Part shown: positions 27,552 through 37,800 of the stretch, one piece after another
How positions within the stretch are numbered: position 1 is the first letter of the stretch
Layout: every line of letters starts with the position of its first letter
DNA from: an uncultured Puniceicoccaceae bacterium
GTDB taxonomy: Bacteria > Verrucomicrobiota > Verrucomicrobiia > Opitutales > Oceanipulchritudinaceae
DNA: 54,437 nucleotides
Reading direction: 5' to 3'
Assembly: GCA_964533835.1 (NCBI GenBank)
Contig: CAZHQD010000001.1
Coordinates: forward strand, 1-54,437
Notes under the pieces: generated by a model
Databases searched by the model: none
What the model was told of the DNA's origin: nothing
Seen by the model: only the letters and a program-made list of their open reading frames with translations
Position numbers and translations under genes: made by a program

Positions 27552-29387
27552 ATGAGTCGCAGATTCCGAATGCCCGATACTCCAATGCCCCAAAGAGGGG
27601 GCCTCTTTGGGCGTGTCTTTGGAGGTCGTGGTAGTTATGAAAAGCAAACACTAAAGGACAAAATCCGCGAAGAGCTTCAGGACGAGATTAGAAGCGCGCC
27701 GCTTCTTCCAAACGTGCCCGATAGTGTTAAGGAGAGGCTTTGGTTTTTCGCGGTCATTCTCGCGGGCCCGCTGTTCTGGCTCTTTGCGTTTCCGCCTCAC
27801 GATCAGGGCAATGGCGCCTTGTTCTTTGCCATCCCTGCATTGCTATGGGCTTACACTCAGCCTCGCTTTAAGTATTACCTCACAGCCGTTTTCCTTGCGG
27901 GATTGCTTAGCTGGGTAGCTTCCTTGATTTGGTTGCGAAATGCTCCCCATGCTATTGATGGCTGGCATCCGTTGGCTGCAAGCGCTCTTGGTTGGGGTAT
28001 GACGGTCGCACTCAGTGCGGTTCTGGCAGTGTTCTACGCCGCTTTCTTTGCCGCCGCCTGGTTTGTTCTGCCAAAATTGGCAGCGCACCGCGCATCCATG
28101 CGCATTATGGGTTTACTCGGTTTGGCAGCTTTCTGGACTCTTCTTGAGTGGCTTCGTTCGTGGGTCTTCACGGGTTTCCCTTGGATGCCTCTAGCCCTTA
28201 GCCAATGGCAAAACCCTGGAATGATTCAGATGATTGCCACCACTGGCGCAGGCGGTCTCTCCTTCGTTATTATCTTTTTTAATCTGGGCGTTGCTGCCTA
28301 TCTTAGGCAGGCATTCACAAAGCGGGGGCGTAAATGGTGGAAGCGCTTATCTCCCGAGTTTTATGCTGCCATGGGGCTTTTGATGTGGAATTTTTCCTTC
28401 AGCCTTGGCGAGGCTTTGTGGATTCCTGATTCAAAGCGCGAATACCTTTTCACCGCAGGCCTCGTCCAGCCGTTTGTGCCTCAGCACCAAAAATGGGATC
28501 TTGAGCGCGGGCTTGCTTCGCTTGATGCCCTTCAATCCCTCACGATTGATGCCCGTGAGGGTGGGGGAGAGATTATTTTCTGGCCGGAGTCCGTTGCACC
28601 CTGGCCAATCTTAGGTGAACCCGAGATGCGCCTTTGGGCTGAGGAGCTGGCCACAAAAGTGGAGTCTCCTATCCTCGGCGGCCATATTGTGGTCGAAGGC
28701 AATCGGAGCGATCCGGCTAGTGTTTGGTATAATGCCGTCGCTCTCGTTGACCCCAGGAAAGGCCTCATCACCGATTCCATTTATGCCAAGCGCCACTTGG
28801 TTCCATTCGGCGAATATGTCCCCTTGTCCGAGGCTCTTCCTTTTATAAAAAAACTTGTCCCCATAGAGGGCTCATTTGGCAAAGGGTCGGCTCCTGTTGT
28901 TATCCCTATCGAAGTCTACAAGGACTCCTACCTCCGCAACACCAGTGGCCCCCGTCTCTATGAGGTCGGATCTCTTATTTGCTATGAAGATATTTTTGGC
29001 AATCTCGCCCGCGACAGTGTTCGCAACGGCGCGGATTTCCTTTTTGTGGCAACAAATAACGGTTGGTTTGGCGAGGAGGGTGGTGCTGTTCAACATGCCG
29101 CGCACAGTATTTTGCGGGCTGTGGAAACACGCCGTATCGTCATCCGCTCAGGCAATGGTGGCTGGAGTGGCTGGATAGATGAAGCTGGCAGAATCCGCTC
29201 CGCCATGCTCCACCCTGAGCACGGCCCCTACTACAAGGGTACAAAGACCATGCTCATCACGCGCATCCCAGGAGGAGATAAAATCATTACGCCCTACGTG
29301 CAATACGGCGAATGGTTCACCGCTTTCTGCGCCGTCTTGGCTTTTATGGCAGCATGGGTACTCTTCCTTCGGAAAAAGCGCGCCTAA
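27552..29387 (+). CDS. lnt: apolipoprotein N-acyltransferase
   Basis: 611-aa ORF with multiple N-terminal TM segments and a C-terminal CN-hydrolase domain (WPESV…, ICYEDIFG). The start is uncertain; an alternative GTG lies at 27714. Confidence 0.85.
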   Translation: MSRRFRMPDTPMPQRGGLFGRVFGGRGSYEKQTLKDKIREELQDEIRSAPLLPNVPDSVKERLWFFAVILAGPLFWLFAFPPHDQGNGALFFAIPALLWAYTQPRFKYYLTAVFLAGLLSWVASLIWLRNAPHAIDGWHPLAASALGWGMTVALSAVLAVFYAAFFAAAWFVLPKLAAHRASMRIMGLLGLAAFWTLLEWLRSWVFTGFPWMPLALSQWQNPGMIQMIATTGAGGLSFVIIFFNLGVAAYLRQAFTKRGRKWWKRLSPEFYAAMGLLMWNFSFSLGEALWIPDSKREYLFTAGLVQPFVPQHQKWDLERGLASLDALQSLTIDAREGGGEIIFWPESVAPWPILGEPEMRLWAEELATKVESPILGGHIVVEGNRSDPASVWYNAVALVDPRKGLITDSIYAKRHLVPFGEYVPLSEALPFIKKLVPIEGSFGKGSAPVVIPIEVYKDSYLRNTSGPRLYEVGSLICYEDIFGNLARDSVRNGADFLFVATNNGWFGEEGGAVQHAAHSILRAVETRRIVIRSGNGGWSGWIDEAGRIRSAMLHPEHGPYYKGTKTMLITRIPGGDKIITPYVQYGEWFTAFCAVLAFMAAWVLFLRKKRA

Positions 29388-29391
29388 ACGT

Positions 29392-29919
29392 TTACTCCGC
29401 TGGCAGCCTTTGCCCGGGATCTTCTCCAAGGTAATAAAGCGCCAGGTAGGGCCAGGCCACGGAGCGATATGCCACAAATAGCAGGGCTATTGTGGATACC
29501 GCATAGTCTTGGGTCATTCTCCCAAGCGTTGCGTACCCTATTTGCTCATACCCATTTGCAAGAGCCCATGTCCCTAAAAACAGGATGGTGTTCGCGAACA
29601 GCGCCAAGAAAATCACATGCTGTGGTTTCTCCCTGCGCAGCCTCATGGCCCAAAGGCGCATCCCAAGAAAAACCAATAAAAAAAGCAACGCCTGCTGCCC
29701 AAATTCTACTGGCCTTACCGATCCAACCAAAAACCCCATCAGTAAAGCCATGGTTGCCCCTTCTCCAAGCCGCAGGTACAGTGCGGGAAAGAGCAAGAAA
29801 ACCGTATCTAAAAACAAATGGATGGAGCCAAAGCTCACCAGCGAATTTACGGATCGCAAAATTATCCAGAGCGCCCCGTAGAGCACAATCAAGATGCTGA
29901 TGCGGGTAGTGATGGTCAT
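29392..29919 (-). CDS. mreD: rod shape-determining protein MreD (by position and topology)
   Basis: 175-aa polytopic membrane ORF whose ATG overlaps the mreC stop by 1 nt (TAATG). It is the third gene after mreB-mreC. Confidence 0.65.
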   Translation of the reverse strand: MTITTRISILIVLYGALWIILRSVNSLVSFGSIHLFLDTVFLLFPALYLRLGEGATMALLMGFLVGSVRPVEFGQQALLFLLVFLGMRLWAMRLRREKPQHVIFLALFANTILFLGTWALANGYEQIGYATLGRMTQDYAVSTIALLFVAYRSVAWPYLALYYLGEDPGQRLPAE

Positions 29920-30761
29920 TAGCGTCGTTCCTGATTGCCGTAGTTTTCCGGGATTAAGATAGCCACTTCTCTGAGCTCTAGCAATCGCTGGTCGAGTGCC
30001 ACTTCGCCCGCTTGAAACAATCCATCCTGCCCCGTTTTTAGCTCCCTGACTAAGCCAATCGTTAGTCCATCCGGAAAGATGCCACCCAGTCGCGACGAAA
30101 CCAAACGCAAGGGCCTATCCGTGCTCGGAGTGAGATCGAGCGGCGCATTGCGCACAGTGCCATGCGGCGCGGTTAGTACCGAGCTCAGGCCACCTTGAAA
30201 TGTTACGGGTCTGTTATCCCCCTCAAAGTGCGCTGCCATCCTAAATGTCGGGCTTGTGATCAATTCCACCACTGCAGTGTAGGTATGTACTTCCTCCACT
30301 CTCCCGGCCACTCCTCCCGCAAAAACGACCGCCTGGCCTACTTCCAGCCCATCACGTGCCCCTTTGCGGACTGTCACCCTTTGCCACCAGCTATTCAGGT
30401 CTCTTTGTATTACTCGGGCCACTTCATAGCGAAAGCCCGGCTCTCTTGGCATTGCGAGGATGCGCTCCATCCGCTCAACCTCTTGTTTGAGCGCACGGTT
30501 TTCCTGGATGCTGATTTCATATGCCGCGTTCAAGCGAGCCAGATCACGGCCTGCCTCGATTAATTCGTTTTTTGATCTTGTGCGCAGGGACCAATAGTTT
30601 TGCAAATCCCCGAGATAGCTCACCGCTACCCATGATGGCGCCTGAAACTCAAAAAATGCGTCTCTCGCGTGTGCTTTAAACGCCCTTGGCAGCGCAATCC
30701 AGAGCAAGACCAACCCCAGTAAAAACAGGAGCGTTCGGGTCTGCTTGAATCTGCGAGCCAT
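29919..30761 (-). CDS. mreC: rod shape-determining protein MreC
   Basis: 280-aa ORF with an N-terminal TM segment, a coiled-coil segment (LARLNAAYEISIQENRALKQEVERMERIL) and a beta-rich C-terminus. It lies immediately downstream of mreB. Confidence 0.8.
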   Translation of the reverse strand: MARRFKQTRTLLFLLGLVLLWIALPRAFKAHARDAFFEFQAPSWVAVSYLGDLQNYWSLRTRSKNELIEAGRDLARLNAAYEISIQENRALKQEVERMERILAMPREPGFRYEVARVIQRDLNSWWQRVTVRKGARDGLEVGQAVVFAGGVAGRVEEVHTYTAVVELITSPTFRMAAHFEGDNRPVTFQGGLSSVLTAPHGTVRNAPLDLTPSTDRPLRLVSSRLGGIFPDGLTIGLVRELKTGQDGLFQAGEVALDQRLLELREVAILIPENYGNQERR

Positions 30762-30831
30762 CGGTAAAAAGAACTAGCTGCTTAATTGGCCGTCACCAAG
30801 TTAAAAACTAAGGGCGGCATCACGCCGACTT

Positions 30832-31845
30832 CTAGTCGTCGTTCCCCTTCGAGAGCCAGTCTATATTGTCCAGCACCACACCCGTTCCGTTTGCCACTGC
30901 CGTTAGCGGGTCATCTGCTACGATTACGGGCAATCCTGTGGCGTCCGACAGCAATCGGTCAATATTGCGGATAAGCGCCCCGCCTCCTGCCAATACAAAA
31001 CCACGATCCACTAGGTCTGAGGACAATTCAGGTGGGCAGCGTTCCAGCACGTTCCTTACCGATTCCACGATGGATGCCAGGTTATCGGCCAGTGCTTCCC
31101 GTATCTCTTGTGAGGTAATATGCAGCGTCTTTGGCAAACCAGCCGCCAGATCGCGCCCCTTTACCTCCATAGTCAGCTCTTCATCCAAAGGCGCTGCCGA
31201 ACCTATCTTAAACTTTATGGCCTCCGCTGTGCGCTCTCCAATCATCAGATTGTAGGCACGCTTCATGTATTGGATGATGGCCATGTCAAACTCGTCGCCC
31301 CCCACACGGATAGAGCGGGAGAAAACCACACCTGACAGTGAGATGATTGCCACTTCCGTCGTTCCGCCGCCTATATCCACGATCATGTTTGCCGTGGGCT
31401 CATCGATTGGCAGGCCTACTCCTATTGCGGCGGCCAGTGGTTCGGGTAATAGTTTTACAGAGCGTGCGCCCGCATGTATGGCAGACTCGCGCACCGCACG
31501 GCGTTCTACTTCCGTTATTCCGCTTGGTACTGCCACGATTACTCGCGGCGGTGTAAACTTTATGGTGTTGCTCGCCTTCTGAATAAAATGCCGCAACATT
31601 GCCTCCGTTACATCGAAATCGGAGATTACCCCATCCTTCATCGGGCGAAGTGCCGTAATGTTGACCGGTGTGCGTCCAAGCATCCGTTTCGCCTCGTCTC
31701 CAACTGCCACTACCTCCCGTGTTTCAGAATTTATGGCAACCACGCTCGGTTCCCTGAGCACTATCCCCTTGTCTCGCACAAATACGAGGGTGTTGGCTGT
31801 GCCAAGGTCGATGCCTATATCATTGGAGAAGAGACCCTGAAACAT
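30832..31845 (-). CDS. mreB: rod shape-determining actin homologue MreB
   Basis: 337-aa [33 protein letters not shown] and [14 protein letters not shown] are canonical MreB motifs. Confidence 0.95.
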   Translation of the reverse strand: MFQGLFSNDIGIDLGTANTLVFVRDKGIVLREPSVVAINSETREVVAVGDEAKRMLGRTPVNITALRPMKDGVISDFDVTEAMLRHFIQKASNTIKFTPPRVIVAVPSGITEVERRAVRESAIHAGARSVKLLPEPLAAAIGVGLPIDEPTANMIVDIGGGTTEVAIISLSGVVFSRSIRVGGDEFDMAIIQYMKRAYNLMIGERTAEAIKFKIGSAAPLDEELTMEVKGRDLAAGLPKTLHITSQEIREALADNLASIVESVRNVLERCPPELSSDLVDRGFVLAGGGALIRNIDRLLSDATGLPVIVADDPLTAVANGTGVVLDNIDWLSKGNDD

Positions 31846-31964
31846 GATAATTCGTTAGGAAAAACTATTTGAGGTTACTAAGCTGCTTTCCTGTAAAGAT
31901 GCACAGGTATTTGCCGCTTTGGCAAAGCAAAAAGCCATGAGGACTTTGTTTCAGCTTTTCCGTC

Positions 31965-33920
31965 CTATTCCGCCACAAATCTGAAAAATACATTGGTGTC
32001 CTCTTCACTGCTCAGGGTGCTTCTCATTAGTGTGCGCCCATCGGGAGTTTCTCCCTGTTCGCTGGGTATGCTAAGCCCCGTAGTTTGCCAGCCAATAAGG
32101 TCATTGCTCCACTGTAAAATAGGCGCTGATCCTAAAAAGTCTGGCGCTACCGCATAGTCAAAATGCCAGAATTGCCCCGTGCGGCTCATTGATGAATGCC
32201 ACTTCTCACTGTCCGCCACGCTGGGGTTCATCCCAAAATAGGCCTCAAGTGAATCAGGTATCCCATCTCCGTCGCTGTCGCCGCCTTCAAGATCGATGTT
32301 GGCCGCGCCTGTTAGGGTCACAATGCTCTTGCCGGGTAGTGATAGGGTTGCGGTTCCGTTGGAAAAACTCACGGGTGTTATGCTGGCAAATCCCTCATTG
32401 CTCTTTGTGCGATAGGCATTCAGGCTCTGCAATCCGATGGATGCAGGCAAGCTCAGGTTCACGCTTTCCTCCGTAGACTTCATATTGATAAGAACAACAG
32501 TAAGCTGCTGATCTCCAGGGTGATAGTACACACTGCCATTTATGCTGTTCAGTGTGTCGTAGCCATTGCTGCCGCCTGTAGCAGGGTAGCCGTTCTCAAA
32601 GCTCCCGCCGATGCGTATGGCGCCTGGTCGCACATAGCGTGAAAAATGCTTAAACGCGCAGTATTTCTTAGAGTTATGTGGATTGTTTATGTTGTTTTTG
32701 CCCAGCAAGTTGCTCTCATTTTCAGTGCCGCTTGTGTCGGAAAATTGCCAATAAAGGTAGGCAGCCACATTTCCATAAGCGAGCGCTTCTTGCATCTTGA
32801 TGGCAGTGTTCATTGCGCCTGGCCAAGTCACGCCGGAATCTCCCGTCTCAGATGCCCATGTCGGTTTGCCGTCATTCTTGAGCCCGTAGACTACAGAGTT
32901 GGCCGCGTTGCCCAGCCAGCCCCAATTACCGCCCACAGTCGAGGCGCCCAGCCAATACCCGGCCCAAGCCCTTGCGCCTCCTTCGCCCGCTTCCATGTAG
33001 CCGTTGGAGCCATAGTAGGTTAAAAAGTTTATAAGTGTAGGATCGCTGTGCTGCTTCACTCCGTCTATCATCTTCATTTGCCAGTTCAGGGCATAGGGGT
33101 TCGTATTGGTCGGTCCTACGTTTGCTACGTGCGGGCCCTTGATTTTTGCAGAGACGCCAAAGCGATTGAATGCCGTTCTCACTGCATAGAGCGCATTGGC
33201 GTATTGGCTCCAGTCATCCGCCCCATTAGCATTTTTCTGGTAGGTGCAGCTATCGAATGGGTTCTCAAAAGTGCTCTCATTCTGAATACTTATGGCATAC
33301 ATGGGCATTCCATATTCTCTTTCCCAGCCCTCTAGCCATGCTGCCACAAAGCGCCCGAATTGTTCCAGATTGTCGGGTGTTTGAAGGAGCCTGCCGCCAA
33401 TACTGTCTCCACTCGTTCCATTTGATAGCCATGGCGTGGGCTTGGATACACTTGGATTGTTTACGTGATAGGTTGAAAATCCTGTGGGGCCCTTCATCCA
33501 GTGCGGGGGGCTCCAGAAGGATCCCACAATCTTAACTCTTTCAGGCTCCAGAGCATTTACGGTTAGCCATTTTGCCATGTCTCCATACACGCTAGCCACT
33601 TGCGTCTTGAAATTCATCTTAGCCACGTTGGCATCAAGATTGTCCTCCAGAGGTACAGGGGTTGCGTGATTGCCAGACGAGTGTATCAATACTTCCCGCG
33701 CCATATCTACCCGCAGGATATTGCACCCCAGATCGCGATAGGTCTGCCGCCAAGTTTCATTGTAGTAGGGTGTGCTTCCGATACTCCAGTAAATCATGCA
33801 AGTTCCCCAACCTTCTATGGTCTGGAACCTTTCATCGGGATTAATACTGAATGTGGCCGCCATCGCGCTGTTCAACAGGCCAAGCGCTGCCACCGTTACG
33901 GGGAGTTTTAGGAGTCTCAT
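31965..33920 (-). CDS. exported GH30-like glycoside hydrolase with the same C-terminal Asp-rich/beta module as the GH78
   Basis: 651-aa ORF with a signal peptide (MRLLKLPVTVAALGLLNSAMA). GH30-like blocks: FQTIEGWGT, GSFWSPPHWMKG, ISIQNES, TWASETGD. C-terminal DSDGDGIPDSLEAYFGMNP. Confidence 0.65.
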   Translation of the reverse strand: MRLLKLPVTVAALGLLNSAMAATFSINPDERFQTIEGWGTCMIYWSIGSTPYYNETWRQTYRDLGCNILRVDMAREVLIHSSGNHATPVPLEDNLDANVAKMNFKTQVASVYGDMAKWLTVNALEPERVKIVGSFWSPPHWMKGPTGFSTYHVNNPSVSKPTPWLSNGTSGDSIGGRLLQTPDNLEQFGRFVAAWLEGWEREYGMPMYAISIQNESTFENPFDSCTYQKNANGADDWSQYANALYAVRTAFNRFGVSAKIKGPHVANVGPTNTNPYALNWQMKMIDGVKQHSDPTLINFLTYYGSNGYMEAGEGGARAWAGYWLGASTVGGNWGWLGNAANSVVYGLKNDGKPTWASETGDSGVTWPGAMNTAIKMQEALAYGNVAAYLYWQFSDTSGTENESNLLGKNNINNPHNSKKYCAFKHFSRYVRPGAIRIGGSFENGYPATGGSNGYDTLNSINGSVYYHPGDQQLTVVLINMKSTEESVNLSLPASIGLQSLNAYRTKSNEGFASITPVSFSNGTATLSLPGKSIVTLTGAANIDLEGGDSDGDGIPDSLEAYFGMNPSVADSEKWHSSMSRTGQFWHFDYAVAPDFLGSAPILQWSNDLIGWQTTGLSIPSEQGETPDGRTLMRSTLSSEEDTNVFFRFVAE

Positions 33921-34078
33921 TTCTTTGGGGTATTGGGGTTATTTGTAACGAACCGATCTGTAAGCTATTCCCTTAAATGACGTCAGACAATCTGTTTTTG
34001 CGCTCTCTTACATCAAACAGGTGTACTGTAGTAATTCAGCTTTCGCATGGCTTCCCGCTATGCTATTGTAGCCTCTAT

Positions 34079-34621
34079 ATGGCAGAATCCCTTCAGTGTA
34101 TGTTGTGTGGCAAACCTGCCACCGTGCATCTTACTCAGATTATGAGTGGCAAAATCCATAAAATGGATTTGTGCGATGATTGCGCCAAAGACAAAGGAGT
34201 GACTGATCCTGAAGGATTTTCATTTATGGATGTTCTGGCAGGCAAATCCGTTCCTATGGATGAGGAAGATACGCCCGAAAGCGCCGCACCCCCGGAAGGC
34301 TTGGTTTGCCTTAGCTGTGGTTTTACTCCCGCAGACTTTAAGCGCATGGGCCGTTTCGGTTGCCCTTCCTGTTACACCAATTTCAAGCCTATCATAGGCC
34401 CCATGCTGCAAAACATGCACAAAGATACTCAGCACAGGGGCAAGGTTCCCGCTCGCTCTCTGGAGCGTGTCAATCTACAGAGACATTTGGAGGAGCTTGA
34501 GCAAAATCTTCAGGAAGCTATTAAAACCGAACGCTACGAAGAGGCTGCGCGCATTAGGGATGAAATTAACCAAGTTCGGCAGGCCATAACGTCCCAAATT
34601 GCCCAAAATCCCAAAAAATAA
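34079..34621 (+). CDS. McsA-like zinc-finger/UVR-motif protein
   Basis: Start placed at the internal ATG 34079 (MAESLQCMLCGKPATVHLTQI…). It has two CxxC pairs at the N-terminus, a further CxxC…CxxC, and a C-terminal UVR motif (YEEAARIRDEINQVRQ). Confidence 0.6.
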   Translation: MAESLQCMLCGKPATVHLTQIMSGKIHKMDLCDDCAKDKGVTDPEGFSFMDVLAGKSVPMDEEDTPESAAPPEGLVCLSCGFTPADFKRMGRFGCPSCYTNFKPIIGPMLQNMHKDTQHRGKVPARSLERVNLQRHLEELEQNLQEAIKTERYEEAARIRDEINQVRQAITSQIAQNPKK

Positions 34622-34642
34622 TGCCTTTTTTGGCAAAGAACC

Positions 34643-34739
34643 TGAAATGAGTCTCAAAAATGGGTGAAAACAACCTCAAATGAGGGCGAAAAGTGGGTGA
34701 AATGAGTGTGAAAAGAGTGTGTTTTCGCCCTCAAAAATG
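34643..34739 (+). repeat. cluster of interleaved short direct repeats in the intergenic leader upstream of the 1158-aa gene
   Basis: TGAAATGAGT occurs at 34643-34652 and 34698-34707. CTCAAAAATG occurs at 34653-34662 and 34730-34739. TGGGTGAAA occurs at 34661-34669 and 34694-34702. Confidence 0.55.
34682..34732. other. 11-bp perfect inverted repeat (long-loop hairpin) inside the repeat cluster
   Basis: GAGGGCGAAAA (34682-34692) pairs with TTTTCGCCCTC (34722-34732) across a 29-nt loop. No U-tract follows, so it is not a canonical terminator. Confidence 0.35.
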
Positions 34740-34850
34740 ACTCCTTTCTCTCCAGTTACCCTCCCGCAGACCCCTATTTCGATAAAAATGCTATGAATAT
34801 GCCGATTGCGCTGGACGAATAGGTTTCAAATTAGCTTAGCTTAACATGCT

Positions 34851-37800
34851 ATGAACCTAGAAAAAGCAATTGGTCCCTTTGGTTCTAATCGGCGGGCTCT
34901 CACGAGAGACCCATTCCTTCTGGAATACGCCAATCTAAAATTGGCGGCCATGGGAGCCCCCATTGTAGGCGTCCAATCTGACTACAAGTTTATGCAGATT
35001 GCCGAAGCCCTCTTGGGCAATTATCAGGAAAAGACGCGCTTGCTCACCAATTGGCTCAGCCCTGTTGATTTCAGAATTCAGAACTGGCTTCATGACTACC
35101 TCAAGGGAGTTCCGATGGAGAATTTGCCCCGCCTGCCTGCAAATACTTTCATATTGGATAGGCACGGGCTTGCCCGTGTTCTCTCCCTTCCCATGGAAGG
35201 AGACACTTTCAAGTCCAGTATTATTAGTTCTTATAGACTGGCTCAAGGGGTTCTCCATAATCCCGACAAAGATCGCCGCACTACCAAGGGCGTCTTTCAC
35301 GTAACTGAGGGTGGCCTTCCTATTCCAGGGGATAAAGTGGCAACCCCGCGTGCCACCTTCGCGCGTCTTTTGGAAATCGCCCTGAATCCTCCCAAAGATT
35401 TAATGAGGCTTCCTTTTACGGCAAATTCCGATGAGCAGGCAGAAATCTGGCTTTCGCTTCTCCTGCGCCCAATAGTGGTTCCAGCCATTCCAGGCCACGC
35501 CGAGGCAAAGCGCATGGAGGTTCGTTTCTTTGCCCCAGGCAATTTGGTGGCCAATTTGGACTTTGTTGAGTCTATCTTCGGTAATGCGGGAGACCCCTAC
35601 CTTGCCGAAAATGATTCCGCTCTCGATATTGAGCATTGGACAGGCCATTCGGGTTGCGTAATCTTGGCCCCTCACCTAATCAATGCCAATAAGAAGGATA
35701 TCGGCCTGCCTCACATTTCCAAGGCCACTGAGCGCCAAAAGCGCGATGGCATGTGCTGGGAAAAAGAAGACGAGAAATATAACGACGGGCAAGCATTCAA
35801 GATTACCGCGCGTGATGAGCGTGGTGTCGTTGTGACGCTTATCGCGGATAACTATTTTGGCTACTGCAAGAAAGAGGTAAAAACACAAATCAGCTTCGCC
35901 GCTAACCTTCTCGGCAATGCAGAAGAAGAACACGCTGGCGGCGCCGTTGCCTTCCCCTCCTACGATCTGGGTGAGGATTTCCGCCTGAGCCAGTATTATC
36001 CCGAAGTAACTCATACCTTTGCTGATATTCTGAAAATCAAGGGTGATGAAATTGAGCTAAAACCCGAAGGATACGCCGTAGATAAGAAGTTTCCTGATAT
36101 TTACTACGTTCCAGAAGACGCCTATTTCACCCTTTCAGAACAACGTATCAGATGGAAAACAGACAAAGGTGAGAGCGCTATCATCCTGAAGCCAGGTATC
36201 GTCTACATTTTGCCCAGTGGCTACAAAGTAGAGATGATTCGTCCAAAAGAAGGACGTCGCTGGCGCATCATCGGCAGCACGGCAGAAGGTACTTTTACCC
36301 ATAAGCCCTGTACGGTGTCAGGTGGTGGCAAATCAGAAATCTCAAAATCCATCATGGATGCCATCATCACAGGCCCCGTCGTCGTGGCTGATTTCAAGGC
36401 TGACTTTGATAGGGTGCAAGAGATCATCAATAAAGAGTATGGGATGCGCTTTAAGGATAAATCCAAGTGCAAGCAGAAGGGACGTCCTTTGCTTAGCAAG
36501 CAGCGCTCCTTGGGGTCTGTCGTAAAGCTGCTCTCCCCGTCCCCGGAATACACTGATGAATACAACGCCTGGCTCCGCTCCATTCCTTACTATGTTAAGG
36601 AACTCGTATTCATAGTAAAACGCTTCTATAAAGAAGACTGGGGCACCAATTGGCGGGATCGCTTCCATGTGGATCTCATCAACGGTACAGGTGGTAATGA
36701 GCTGCGCTACCGTGACCAAAAGCTTATGACCCAATACCTGCGCATTGGTTTCACTGCAGATGGAGCTTGGCGTACTTTTGGGTTGCGTAAGGACTTTTAC
36801 CCCGCCCAGAAAATTCAGACCGAAGACGATATCAGTGCCTCTACCATTCTCCCGGCGGACAAGGTTAAGGGGCTCAATCCGGCTCAGCCTGAACCTTCGG
36901 TAAAGTTTGTTGAGAATTGCGAGTTCCGCCTCTTCCAACGCCCCGATGACGCCATCATTCGCGGTTACGACAAGAAGACGGAGTGGGATATGGCTCAGCT
37001 TGGTAGCTTTACCTGTAACTATGAGCCTCTCTCTCGGGAGCAGGTTCGCCAAATGACTGAAGATACCATCCGCTTCGAGCAGTTCACTTCTCCGATGAAG
37101 ACCCTTCTTAAGGACTTTGCGGAGGATCCCAGTGCCACGTTCAAGTATGTGGTATCATCCGCGCATCCTCGTGTGGTTGATGGCAAACCCAGTAAGAACC
37201 CTCGCTACTTGCAGGATCGTGGCGATTTGGAAAATCCCAGAGCCTATTACTTGGCCGAAACAGGTACTCGGCTCTACCGCAGGATACCAGCGGGACAGGG
37301 TGTGCCAATGCCCGTGAATTCTATTCTTTGTGGACGTCGTAACAATCCTCCAGAGCCAGGTGTGCGCGCACTGGCCGTCTTTAATCCTATTCATTATCTG
37401 GAGCTTCCTGAGCTCTTTATGGAGTTCATATCCAGCATGACAGGAAAGAGTCCTTCCACCACGGGTGCAGGCTCTGAGGGTGCTCTTACTAAGGGCCCCT
37501 TCAATGCATTGCCACCCATAGTGGATTTGAACAACGCTTTAGTATCTTACTTGGTCACCAATATGCCCGGCTTCATTACAGCCGCGGGTTATGTCGGACC
37601 AAAAGTTCGCGTTGATCACGACATCAGCTTGCTTGTTCCTGAGGTTTGGAGCCGTATGCGTATCGAAGAGCGCGATCCCAAGTATCTCATCGAACATGGT
37701 TACTTGGAGAAATGCCCCGATATCGAGCATAAGGGCAAAGTAATACCTTCTTCGCTTTTAGGCTATCGCATCACTGAGCTCTTTGTTCAGGCCTTTTTTG

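Noticed and set aside
27552-27713. About 54-aa Arg/Gly-rich cytoplasmic N-terminal extension of Lnt
   Set aside because: It may be a start-codon artefact. An in-frame GTG at 27714 lies just before the first TM segment. The two starts cannot be distinguished from sequence alone, so it is not reported as a finding.
31890-31925. TTTGCC-GCTT-GGCAAA hairpin between the GH30-like gene and mreB, as a possible terminator
   Set aside because: It has only a 6-bp stem and no U-tract on the relevant (minus) strand, which is insufficient support.
33978-33985. Perfect TGACGTCA palindrome upstream of the McsA-like gene
   Set aside because: A specific 8-bp palindrome is expected roughly once by chance in about 54 kb. 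There is no second copy or associated regulator.
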